A stretch of 63,802 nucleotides of DNA, counting the filler, from Perkinsus chesapeaki ATCC PRA-425 (lineage: Eukaryota > Protista > Perkinsozoa), in the NCBI GenBank assembly GCA_013115145.1. It is 7 parts of 7 records of this genome, joined end to end, with 100 filler letters (N's around TTAATTAATTAA, not from the genome) between each part and the next. Parts side by side here need not be neighbours in the genome. Positions count along the whole stretch, not along the records: positions 1 to 10,556 come from JAAPAO010000886.1; positions 10,657 to 32,879 come from JAAPAO010000583.1; 5 more parts are not named here. The stretch is one strand, 5' to 3'. The notes beneath the pieces were generated by a model, which did not search any database, was not told the origin of the DNA, and worked only from the letters and a program-made list of their open reading frames with translations. A program made the translations under genes and the position numbers. Below are positions 1 through 11,014 of this stretch, one piece after another. Position 1 is the first letter of the stretch. Every line of letters starts with the position of its first letter.

Positions 1-3000
1 TACGAGGACTACTCGTGCAATCATATCGAATAGAAGCATAAGCATCTTTCGATGCGTCATGAGATATCAGCATCTTAGATGTAGAAGAATACAGAGGAAC
101 CTCATCAGAAATGAGGCTCCAAGCAACAGTGGCAGCTTCCAGATGAAGGTTTACTAATCTTGCAGTAGAGGTTGACAACCGATCGTCCCAATCTTCAGCT
201 AACTGGCCAGACAACTTACGAACAATATCAGCATGACCTCGAGATTGAGCTTCGGGAATAGATTCACATAACCGTAAAAATTTACCTGCTTCAGAGAAAG
301 CTTGACGCTTAGTAAATACTTCATTAAAGGCAATTCTTGGTACACGAACTGTTAAGTGATTTGTATCCCATTTCCAATCACAGCAGAGCCACTTAGACCA
401 ATTTGTACCACTCCATGTATTCATTTTGTGTAAAGGGATATCAAAACCGCATAGATCAAGAATATGTAATAATCCTTTTTCGAAAGCACATAAATCATCT
501 GGTAATCCTACAGCTACTATATCGTCCATAATACGGACGCATGTTACATTTGGATGAAAGAATTGTAGAATATTGAAAAGGAGATCAAGACTGCACTCAA
601 GGCCGGAAGGCCCTATTGAAAGGCCAAAAGCCAGTCGTGAACATCTCATCATCACATTGCTCCCAGTTTCGGGATTCTTACCAAAATCGATGATAACTGG
701 GGTACTTATGGCCAGTCTATAAAATGCTTTTGCCAAATCATATTGCTTAGCAACAAATCCAGGTTTGAGCGAACTTCTGAGATGGTTAATAACAGAACAA
801 ACATCCCGCTTTTTGTTGCTGGCTCGAGGACTACGAGAATTCTTCGCCCTTGCATCAATTACGGGCCGTACTTGCGTAGTCTTCGTAGGGTTAGTAGCTA
901 TAACTGGAAATGCTACCAATGCATCTGGGGGTCGGACACCATCAAAAGGTTGCCACCACTGTTTGGCAACATACATGTCTAACTCTTTAAACCATAATAC
1001 ACGCTGTTCATCAGATAATTTAGTCAAAAGATAGTCAGGCGACCATGATTTAGTTTTTTGCTCAGGATTTTCATATGCCCAGTCAAATATGAAGCGGTAT
1101 TTCTGGTTGGGAGTATCAGGAGTAGAATCTTCTAAATCTTCAAGCTTCTTCAAAGCATAACAATAGTCGGTAGCATTAGGTACCGGTTGCCATCCAGCTA
1201 CAGAGAGCTTCTCTAGGGCTTCTTCAATGGACCTAAACGAAGTGACGGCAGGTTTAGTATCCGGTTTTGGAGGAATGTTCGGCAACGAATCAGAGACTTC
1301 ATCTCTATCAACATAATCAGATATAGCTAAATCATCATCAGCAATCGAATTCAAGATGCTACAGTTTAAACTTAAGCCATTACATTCTATGACATCAGAA
1401 CCCACAATTTGTATGTGGGCCAAATCTTTTGCTGCCTCATCATGATGCGCCTCGTGTTCACCAGGCTTGCTTACTGGTGAATCACATGCATCACTTGAAG
1501 TGGGAGTAGAATGCTCAGCAGCGGCGTGCTGGACATTGGCATTAAAAGCATCTTGGAGCCGACGCTGTAGTTTGCAAGAATCATCAGGTGTACCATAATA
1601 ATATTCTATTTGAGTGCCTATCATTCCCAAAACCGACCTGCCTAGAATGATATCATAACTTAAATGATCAACAACAAGAAAAGGTAGAATAAAGGAGCGT
1701 TCACCGATGGAGCAATTCATCAAGGTCTCTCTATTTAGCTTTCTTTTACTCCCATCGGCATAGACAGCTGAAACTTCACGGATAGGGTACATTGATATCT
1801 TGCACCCATCTTTAATCAATTTATCAACAACCGAAGCTCGGATGAGTGCAACAGAAGAACCACTATCAACAAGTCCATAGTATGTACTATCTTCAATAAC
1901 AACAGAGCAAATGTTGGGGTGAGGCGCCAGCTTAACTGACCACGACGCATCAATCGTGTGTTTATCAACATTAAGAATGTCCACTGCATCAACTGATGCT
2001 GACGAGTCCTGCTTAATTCTCAGAACAGGATCTTTGTTAGTTGGTTTTTGCTCGGAGTCATCGGCATCTACTGCTGTTATATTTTTAGTAACCGGCTTTG
2101 TAGTTGATAAGGCTACCGGGAATGGGCAAACATAAATCAGGTGCCCATGTTTTCCACAAGCATCACACTTAGGGTTAGTCTGTGGACACTTAGATGTAGG
2201 ATGACTACGCATCCCACAGACGTGGCATCTATTAGCATAGTCACCCGGTGACTTTGACCGACAGTACCTCATTAGATGTCCAACTCTAAGACATCTAGAA
2301 CACTTGATAGGTTTGTTCACAGGCGCCTCAGTTGTTGCTGAGTCTTTCCTCGGAGATCGTCGAGGATTGGTGCCTTGAAGAACGTTCTCCTGCTCAAGGT
2401 CCTCCTCATTATGCTCTGCGTTCTTCCGCAATTTAGCATAATCAACTGTCTTGAACTTAGGGCCCATGTACCGCCTCATATGTAGATGTAGTTTAGCATT
2501 CATACCAGATCTTAAGCGTAGTGCTCGATCTGCTCCTGATAACTCATGATAGCCTAACGATTGGAGTAGTTTTGCCTCTACATCCAAGCGTGCACAAAAG
2601 TCAGCAATGGACTCATCGGATCGTTGTTTTAAGGCTTCCCATCTGGATAGGGACTCATTCAAAGAGAAGGTGTTTGCATATTTGCCATCCAAGTATTCCC
2701 ACATTAACTTCAGGCATAAAGCAGCCGATTCCTCAGGATTCACCAAGTCCTCGACTTCCTCTCGAAGAGCATCACCCAGGTTCCTGATTAAGAAGTATTG
2801 AGCTGCTCGATCAGGTGAACCATAGAGAACAAAAACCTTTTGGATCCGAGCTTTAAACGCTGGGTAAGGAATCTTCTTAGACGGGCCCTTCCATTCCTCC
2901 GAAAAGGATAAAGGAAGCCCAGACCAAAGGTCGAAGGTAGATTGGCTCTGTTCCAAAGAAGCCGTCTTCGACAGTGCCAAGAGTTGTTGTGCATGAGTAC

Positions 3001-3421
3001 GCTCCACCGCAGATAATACCTCCGCTTCCTTAAGACCAACAAAAAGATTGACAGCTTGTTCTAGATCGACATTACGATCCTTGTGCCATACACCGGTAGG
3101 GAGTTTCAAAGCCGAAACTTGTTTAGCAACGTACATGGCCAGAGACTCAACCCACGCATGCTCAAGCCCTTCCATTTCGGCAGCAAATTTGACTGCTTGT
3201 AAAGCAGCTTGGGCAACTGTTATAACATCATCAGTAGAGCTTGCTGCCCATCGCTGCATCTTGCTTCTAGTGGCTGACACGACCTTCCGAAAAGACGGAC
3301 CGTCATTACACTCAAGGTTGAACCTTTGGAACTCCAAGGCTATGTCTAGACCGTCAATAGCTTCCGACTCGACTTCTGAATACTTCAACTGTCCCAGAAC
3401 GAATCCTGCATCGGGTACCAT
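1..3421 (-). mobile_element. LTR retrotransposon gag-protease-RT-RNase H polyprotein, BEL/Pao-like, running off the left edge
   Basis: Manual translation from ATG 3421 (MVPDAGFVLG). Three CCHC knuckles (CSRCLRVGHLMRYC, CHVCGMRSHPTSKC, CDACGKHGHLIYVC), protease LVDSGSSV, RT motifs TKTTQVRPVIDAR / YDLAKAFYRL / RLAFGLSIGP / RIMDDIV, BEL-like TKRQ...WDD, RNase H start HDASKDAYA. Gag and RT are in the same frame; no stop seen in the parts I translated. Not in the ORF track because it has no stop in the window. Confidence 0.85.
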
Positions 3422-3521
3422 TTTGTTGGGTTTGATAAGCAGTTAAGGGACTAGTAGTGAGAGGGGAAGAGGAGTCGCACTGGTGTAACTCAAGTTAGAG
3501 ATAAATGAAAGCAGAGCTTAA

Positions 3522-3536
3522 CCCCACAGGGAGCCA
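3522..3536 (-). promoter_or_regulatory. Primer-binding site (tRNA-Asp-like)
   Basis: Minus strand reads ...GGTGCA-AA-TGGCTCCCTGTGGGG: LTR-type CA end, 2-nt spacer, then TGG. The first 8 nt are complementary to the GGGAGCCA 3' end typical of eukaryotic tRNA-Asp. Confidence 0.65.
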
Positions 3537-3538
3537 TT

Positions 3539-3625
3539 TGCACCGACTTAGCTATGCGCATGCGTACAACTACAAGGGCGCACAAGCATATCAACAAATA
3601 AACTAAGTCAGACACAAAACTAACA
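3539..3625 (-). repeat. Putative short 5' LTR (87 bp, TGTTAG...GTGCA)
   Basis: TG...CA termini directly upstream of the PBS. The outer boundary is inferred and no second copy is present in the window. Confidence 0.4.
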
Positions 3626-4412
3626 ATCACTATCTAAGAAGATAGACCGAGTGCCCTGGTCAAGTGTGGGTATCGACCACTGCGGTGCATATGACAACAA
3701 TGGCGACAAGCAGAAATATCTGGTGGTATGCACTGACCTTCTCACCGGTTTCATAGACGCCGAGCCTACTACTTCTACTAATGGTGTCCAACTGGTTACA
3801 GCGGTCAAGCGAATATTCGCCAGACGCGGTACTCCCAGACGCATCTGCTCAGATCGAGGGAAGGCTTACCTGAGTGGTGTTTTCCGACTTTTTACCTCGT
3901 CTATTAACATTCAACATCACCTCATACCTCCAGGAAGTCCTCGCTATGGTGGTAAATGGGAGAGATCCCATGGTCCTTTGAACGAGAACCTCAAGTTCCT
4001 CAGATCTACTAAGCCCCGTATAGATTGGCGAACGGTGGTGGCAGAAGCGGTTTCTCTATCAAATGCTCGCCCTAGGTGGTCAACCATATCCTCGTGGGAT
4101 CTCCTACACACTTATCCTCAAGACCAATCCAAGAAATGTGCTCCCCTACCAGAAGGATTACTCCACGAATGAATAGAAGGACAATGGGAAGACGACCGAG
4201 CTCGCACGCGGGAGCGGCTTGGCGACAAGTCAAAGAAGGTTTACATCGGCGATAAAGTTTACCTGCGCACCCCTTCTCCTCATAAACTTAGCGAGCTGGC
4301 AAGAGGACCCCATGTTGTTGAAGAAATCAAGGGGCACACTTACTTCCTCCGAGAGCTGTCTACTAATAAGAGACTGCAACAACCACTATATAAGTTGATA
4401 ACTACGATCTAA
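3626..4412 (+). pseudogene. DDE integrase remnant (BEL-like) with a nonsense codon and no N-terminal HHCC domain
   Basis: PWSSVGIDH...SDRG...PPGSPRYGGKWER core. TGA at 4170-4172, after which the frame continues (KVYLRTPSPHKLSELARGPHVV, GPY/F-like module) to TAA 4410-4412. Confidence 0.85.
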
Positions 4413-4530
4413 ACCCATGGTCTGGTATTGTTTATAGATTTCTATCAGAACAACAAGTATCTTCAGACTATTCCTCATATACCCTACTTTCTTGCATTCG
4501 AAGGTTTTTTTTCTCTACCTACTAGCCTTT

Positions 4531-5005
4531 GGGCTGGGAGGATGTGCTGAACTAATCTAGACGCTCCATTGTTCTCGTGACGCCGGGCACGCGTGCTGTC
4601 TATATGGCGCGTGGAGCCGGTCATGTCACGTGACGGCGTCGCATCGTGACGTAGGAACTCCACAATTAGCTCTAAAGAGAGTTTTTATCCCCTTCAATTG
4701 CCTTCAAGGCTTTCTCACTCCTTTCACACCAAGAACTTCGTTCGTTAATTACAACAAAATTTTTGGTAGTCGGAAGGTGATAAACTCCGTCTCATCGGCG
4801 AGAGTGATATTCTGGACTAAGAATATTCGACGTTGCTCTGTCCGTACGATGGAGATGATGCGCAACAGGGAAGTTGTCCGAACCCTTCAAAACATCAGGT
4901 AGAATCGTTACACTAGTGCGCCGCACTCAACTCAATCTTGCTCCTGTTACGGCGGCTGGGTACCTATATCTGCGTATCCAACTCTCTCCCTCATTGAGTA
5001 TTCCA
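4531..5005 (+). mobile_element. Polypurine tract and putative 3' LTR of the + strand integrase element
   Basis: GGGCTGGGAGGA (4531-4542) followed directly by TGTGCTG, 120 bp after the integrase stop. The right end is a guess. Confidence 0.45.
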
Positions 5006-5197
5006 TGACGGGTGGTGGCCGACTGTATCGATTACCCGGTGAGGAGAACAAAACAGAGCAAGCAGGCAGGCAGGAAAAAAGCCTCAACAATTAGACGGAA
5101 GGACGAGAGCGATAAAGTGATGAACAAATAGCGTGGTAACAACTGCCAACGAGACAAATGCCCAGTTAAGCTCCCAACTGGCGTATACTAACGATTC

Positions 5198-6579
5198 TTA
5201 GATAGGTAATTTGGGTACTCCATAAGTAACCTCACTCTCTATCTTGCACTGACCAATAGCTATTCTGATCAGTCCTGATTCACCCCATCCTTCATTCCAG
5301 CTATTAACTGCTAACCAATATTCTTCAGTTGCCGTCTTTCCCCACCCAATAAGCTTCACACAGTGATTACCCAGGAGCTCCCCGTATTTGTGCTTGTAAA
5401 CGCCAGACGTATATTCCTTGAAGTCCTTGTATGCATTAAAGGTAGCCGTAACCTGATATCATGAGTAGCAGATTACTACTAGCAGTCCCGAAACAACGAC
5501 GCCCGATGACACGTCGAGGCTGTCAGTTCTGAGGGGAAACGAGGACCGCCGCTGGAACCAAAGGACACTACCGGCCCATTAGTGAATATCTCTTGCTTTA
5601 TTTTATCCACTTCTGGTCCAACTCTGATTTCTCCGGGTGGAGCCACAAAGTGCAGATCCCTGAGGAACACCGCCGATGAAGAGACGAAGTAGGACTGCTT
5701 TTACTGATGTAACGGAGTTGGATATTTCCCATTTCGGCAGCTCGACGAACAAAATGGTGTCTGGTGCAGCCCCTGTCAAATGACACAGTGGAGCGAAGAG
5801 AGTATATGATGTACTTTAGGACATGGTGGATATTTCCCTCCTTTATAGGTATGGTCACATTGGGGAAGATCGTACGGCCAACAGCCATCGGCTTTATCCA
5901 TCAGGCCTGCTGGCTTGTAATCTCCGCCTACATGAGATACCTCTCATCAATCTACTCAGTGCCATTGACCTGTGGGTATACCATATCTCTGTGCGAAACC
6001 CCACACTTCAAAAGCAGTCGCTCCCGAACAGCCAGTAGGTCTGAATGGATGTCATGCAATGATCGGCGAAACATTGAGGCCTCACGGTTCGCAACCCTTA
6101 TCGGGGGTACAACAAGCAACAGCATATCCTGGTGAAAGTAACTTGTTGAACTTCCCACTAGTTTTAATGCATAAACGGTCATTAAACACTCCAATTACAG
6201 CCATGGCTACACAACCGCCACAGTTAGACTGATCCCTGAGGGTTCATCATCCAATATACATCGGAGAGGGCTCGAATACATACCTCACATGACCAATAAT
6301 ATCAGAACACTCTTTGAACTTTTCACGAGCATCGAACTTGGACGGGAGCTCCAATCTGTGAAGAGTTAGCCCATGCCTCTTCATGTTGAGCAGCTCTTTC
6401 CGACCTCCTGCGTGAGGTATTCGACAAGTTAGGGACGTATAACGGATCTGAACAGAGTGCACTTTCACCACGTCTTTTGCTGTACCTCTCTCAAACTTCC
6501 TAAAAGCGTTCCTCGGCTCATTCTCGTCAAATCCAGCAGCGACAGCAATGGCCGAGAGACAGAATGCGACAGATGGCAT
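5198..6579 (-). CDS. Cathepsin B-like cysteine protease (papain C1A), multi-exon
   Basis: Signal peptide MPSVAFCLSAIAVAA; ELPSKFDAREKFKECSDIIGHVRDQSNCGGC; GCSG...VWGFAQRYGIPTGGDY; GCWPYDLPQCDH; KQEIFTNGPVTATF; GNHCVKLIGWG; YWLAVNSWNEGWG; stop at 5198. GT-AG introns join these blocks in frame. Confidence 0.93.
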
Positions 6580-6760
6580 TAAGTGCAATAACAGTGCTGA
6601 TCCGTAGAACTGTAAACGCGCAAAGCAATAAACCAGATACTTGTCCTTTGAGGCCTGCGTTCTAATAACCGAGTAGAGTCGATAACCAGAACGGAGTACA
6701 CGCAGTGAGGGGATCGATGAGACGAATCAATCACTGGGGGCAGCTCTTACGAGCGAAACT

Positions 6761-6813
6761 CTCTCAAAGTAAGTTTCAAATAACAAGTTGTTATTTGAAA
6801 CTTACTTTGAGAG
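6761..6813. repeat. Perfect palindrome, 26-bp arms, 1-nt centre
   Basis: ctctcaaagtaagtttcaaataacaa-g-ttgttatttgaaacttactttgagag. Confidence 0.97.
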
Positions 6814-7402
6814 TTATTAACAACTGCCTAAAACAAATATAACTCACATCTACGACTACATGCTTGGCATCACCAAATGCAGTTATCTAATAGTTGTAGC
6901 GTCTTGTGGCTCTAAACCGAGTCTTCCCAGTGACAACTCTAACACTTCGGGGATGTTTTGGTTACTCATTAGGAAATGGGAGAAATAACGACTAATGCGA
7001 GCACAGATATCAGGCACAGCGCCTACAACTACCCGAACTATGAATGATTACAGAGTGTTCTTATACACGCAAGCGCATCGCCTAAGCTTAGCCCAGGGCG
7101 ACCATGGAGCGGCGCATCGCGCCTGTGGGCGAAAGGCTTTACTCCCGGAAAACGGGAATGCACGAGCCATCAACAAACGGATAACAGCAAAACTTTTGCT
7201 GCAAAAGAAGGACCACTAACGACCCAACGCGGTCGTCAGAATTCCTAAGCCCAAACTCGCTATCTCGAGGTCTTCAACAAACAGGAGGGGAAAGGGGTAG
7301 ACAGCAGGCGCAGAGCCGCACACTGTGCGGGGCGCAACAGGGCCGGCTGCTGCCCCAGACACTGCAGATGTCCCCCAAGAGCTCGAGAGCGAGGGAAAAC
7401 AA

Positions 7403-8985
7403 TTAGGCTTCCAGGTATCCCGCCTCAACCAAAGCGGTCCTCGACGATTCCTTCAGCTTATTGGTAGCAGTCAAGGAGATTCGCATCAAGGCGAATGGGA
7501 CCGTCCTTAGAAGAGGTGAATCAGCTGTAGGGTCCTCCGCATTATTCGCTACATAAGTGGAACCATCGGCGGTAACCCAGACCGGGAGAAAGTTCTTGCA
7601 GTCGACCGAGTCGTAAATATGGGCTCGCGGGTGCATATCAACCGATTGCGGAAGCGTCACAATCCTACCGATAGCATCCTCCCCGCCAGATATGCGGCAG
7701 AGGATGAGCTCGCCGTTCTTGAGCGATGATATTGGGATTGAGGCCTCCACTGTCGGCCGTTCCCAGTCGACTAAAGCATGGCGTTCTTCCAAGTGGCAGG
7801 CGGAAACCGCCACGGTCTGGTCTTCTCGAGCGCCTAGGGGCCGGAGTCTGAAGGAGTACCCCGCAAGGGATGCGAGATAGTAGAAAGGACCTTGGTCGAC
7901 CTGAACAGAGGTGAGCACGACAACAGCCCCCTCGATGGGCCTGCAATCTGGCCGGCGCCAAACCACGAGGTCGCCGTCCTTTACTGGAGTTCCGGGGCGT
8001 GCCGCTGTTGAGCGCAAGCAGTCCCGAACGTGGGCCTGTAGGGTAGATATACGGGCCGCCCCGACCGCTTTCTTGAGCACGGTGCGGAGCCAATCGGGAG
8101 TATCGGAGGAAAGGCCCTTTCCGAAAGGGCGCATGTCTCAAGATCCCCGAGAGACAGCGGAGCAATAGGGCGTAGAGCCGAAGAGAGCATCGCGGCCGAC
8201 GGCGTACGAGCCTGTGTACCCACCATCAACTCGGCCGCTGAGTAACCCGAAGCCCGCTTCTGGGAGTTTATAGCCAATTGCACATAGGCAAGCGCTTGAT
8301 CCCACGGCAGCTTAGTTGAGGGTAGAAGGCGTTTTACGCGACCGACGCGAGCTTCAGCGCTACCGTTAGCAAAGGGGGAGTTTGGTGGCACCGTCAATAC
8401 CTTGACACCACAGGACATCAGCGGAGACCGAAGGGCGGGCGCATCGATGAAGTTGTCGCCTGTGACACTGAAACTTTCAGTCTGAAAGGGACCCCGAACA
8501 GACCAACCCATGACTCAAATAGGGTCGTGGCAGTAGTCATGCCCTTGACGTCAGGCGTAGCCCTAAGAAGAGTAAAGTTTACTCAGTAAACCCCGTAGCG
8601 ATATCCGTGACGACCAAGAACGCCTTCGTCGAGGGCTCCGCGGCGTGTACCCAAGAAGGCGCTGGGTAGCCATGGTCAATAGCGATATGTTTGCCTCGGG
8701 CATACAAGTCGACCAATCCACGCGGGACCCTTGGTGCTGTGACCAGCTTTGCCCGTTTGGCCGGCTTCTGCTCCATACAATAATCGCATTTGTCGACCCA
8801 AGAGTTGGCCTCCCTGAGGATGTTAGGCCACCAAACCAGAGGGAGTAGCGAATCCCTCATATCCCTGGCGGATCGGTGGTAGTCTAGATCATGGGTCACG
8901 AATAGGAGCCAATCGCGCACCTTCCAATCCACGTGAACGTTATGAACGTTACGATATGATCTCCCTCCGAGTGTATGCTGCTGAT
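7403..8985 (-). pseudogene. Ty3/Gypsy-like integrase, frameshifted
   Basis: HHCC domain (THDLDYH...CDYC), IAIDHG, a shifted segment TLFESWVGLFGVP, PPNSPFANGSAEARV...QLAINS, and a C-terminal GDLVVWRRP...GPFYY module, spread over several frames with a stop at 8579. Left boundary of homology is approximate. Confidence 0.82.
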
Positions 8986-10350
8986 GCCCTTATCCTGTCT
9001 GGAGCCATTCTCTCGCCATTTCTCGCAAGGTTAGCACAGATGTCAGCACACTCGTTCTCAATGCGACCCGAGTGACCTTTTATCCAGATAACTCTAACAA
9101 CTACTTTACACATACGGATCTCTTGATGTATCCAGTATACTAGTTCATTCACCATCTCCTTCTGTAGCTTCCGAATCACACTTTGAGAGTCTACATTCAA
9201 AACTATCTCCTCAATATTCACATGGTCTTCTTCGTTAAACCATTTTAGTGCATACAGTATGCCACATAGTTCTGCCTGTGTTATTGAGCAGAAATTTGGC
9301 AAGCGATAGCCTCTGTATGAATACCGCTCTTTATCACAAGGCTTTCCGTCAGCATCTCTTACTATTCCACAGCCCACACTCGACCCTATCCCTCCGCGGT
9401 GTGCCACGGACCCATCCGTATAATAAACCACCTTCCTTACACACTGATCAACGCTCAGTTTAGGACGCCCATCTCCAATATATGTTATCAGATTCCTCGG
9501 AAATTCCATTACTGCCGTCAACTGCTCCCTGGCGACTGACATGTCCACTCCCCACAACTTCAAGCCCTTCGCTTCCCTGTTATTCACACGGGTGGCTGTG
9601 TGTAGCCATCTTTTTGCACACCTTTCTGCTGCTCTATCCCATAATGACGAAGTTATGCACGAGAAAAACCAAGCTAACACTTTTGTTGGGCAGCTTTTAG
9701 TCAGCCCAAAAACCGCTCTCACGAAGGTAGCTTGCAATTTTTCAAATTTCCTTATCAACCATTTGGCGTTTAGCTCTACTCCATAAAGCTCGACACCATA
9801 CAGCACTTGTGGGCACACCACCTGGCCCCATATCAGGAGAGCATTGTTCATCGAATTTCCCCAACTCTTTTGCCAATAGCCAGCGCACAACGAGATCGTC
9901 GCCATAGCCATAGCTACGACATGATCAATATGTGTCCTCCAACTAGTAGATAGCTTCACCCCAAGCCATTTAACTGTACTCTTCAGAAGGAATGCTGTTG
10001 CCATATTCCCTTCACGGATCAGCATTTCTTTCAGGTCCTCTTTTAAGCGAGTATCTGGCACATAAATTTCATTCTTCTTCCTGTTTACCTGAAGGTTCGT
10101 CTCCATGGCCCATCGTTCAACAATTTCGTCAGTGTCGCGTATGGCATAGAGAAGATCCTCCACACTGCCTGCCTCTAAGTGAACCGCTATGTCATCTGCA
10201 TAAATGACTACTTTTTGAATGAATCGCGTGTTTGGTTTCGAGAGTTCAAGGCCTAGACCTATTGTTCCGATCATAAAGCAAACGGGCCCAGTACATGATC
10301 CTTGGGGGACCCCTAGAGATCGTTTTCTCTTTTGGCCCCCCGGCACAGAA
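8949..10350 (-). mobile_element. Non-LTR retrotransposon (LINE) fragment: RT domain C-terminal part plus RNase H, truncated
   Basis: GVPQGSCTGP, IYADD, VNRKK, VKWLGV, CPQVLYG; RNase H YYTDGS...QAELCGI...VDSQ...WIKGHSG...ENECAD. RT plus RNase H is typical of the I/Jockey-group clades. The N-terminal part of the track ORF is cathepsin-derived. Confidence 0.9.
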
Positions 10351-10359
10351 ACATGCCCT

Positions 10360-10556
10360 ACTAGATAACTATGTAGGCTTGCATTCTCCCCCTGAGCACG
10401 TTCGCCAGTAAGTTGACTTCCCCCACAGTTCTGGCGTCTTAAGGCTACCCGTGGGAATTCCAAACCTCTGTGCGAAATGCCATATCTCGGTGGTGGTCGC
10501 TCCCGAACAGCCAGTAGGTCTGAATGGATGTCCATGCAATGATCGGCGAAACATTG
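10360..10556 (-). pseudogene. Cathepsin B paralogue fragment, interrupted
   Basis: 10498-10556 is near-identical to ~6018-6076 (intron end plus exon). The exon PTGCSGATTTEIWHFAQRFGIPTG, an intron, then GECKPT* match the 5198-6579 gene. Confidence 0.85.
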
Positions 10557-11014
10557 NNNNNNNNNNNNNNNNNNNNNNNNNNNNNNNNNNNNNNNNNNNN
10601 TTAATTAATTAANNNNNNNNNNNNNNNNNNNNNNNNNNNNNNNNNNNNNNNNNNNNGTTGCACTTGTTGTCCTGTACCACCTTAGATAGTCGTTCCTCCT
10701 TCACTTGGGTTGTGGGTGGTATTAAGCACTCGAGAAAAAGAGAGGGACTATGGGCCGTATTCGATGAGGGGGTTACAGAGTGACGGACATTCGGGACTTA
10801 TCCGAGCTCATGTTTCGTTGAATTGGGGAATTCCGAAAGTCAGAGTTTAATAGTAAAAGCTAGATGTTCTACTTGTATTAAATTATAATATCCAATCCAG
10901 TCATTTAGCTGAGTGAAAACTCGTCCCACTTGAAAAAGACGAGAAGCGCACGTTCTGCTTGACGTGCATTATAGATATCGTATTTTCTATGTGATTATTT
11001 TCACATAGTAGAAT

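Noticed and set aside
743-3446. Plus-strand track ORFs over the first element
   Set aside because: Antisense shadows of the minus-strand gag-pol frame.
7216-7400. PPT and start of the Gypsy 3' LTR
   Set aside because: GGGGGA at ~7370 is not followed directly by TG, so the boundary cannot be supported.
8949-10535. 528-aa ORF as one native protein
   Set aside because: Its first ~55 aa are cathepsin intron/exon DNA read out of frame; only the rest is LINE RT-RH.
10601-10612. TTAATTAATTAA repeated in six gaps
   Set aside because: Artificial scaffolding linker with stops in all six frames, not biological.
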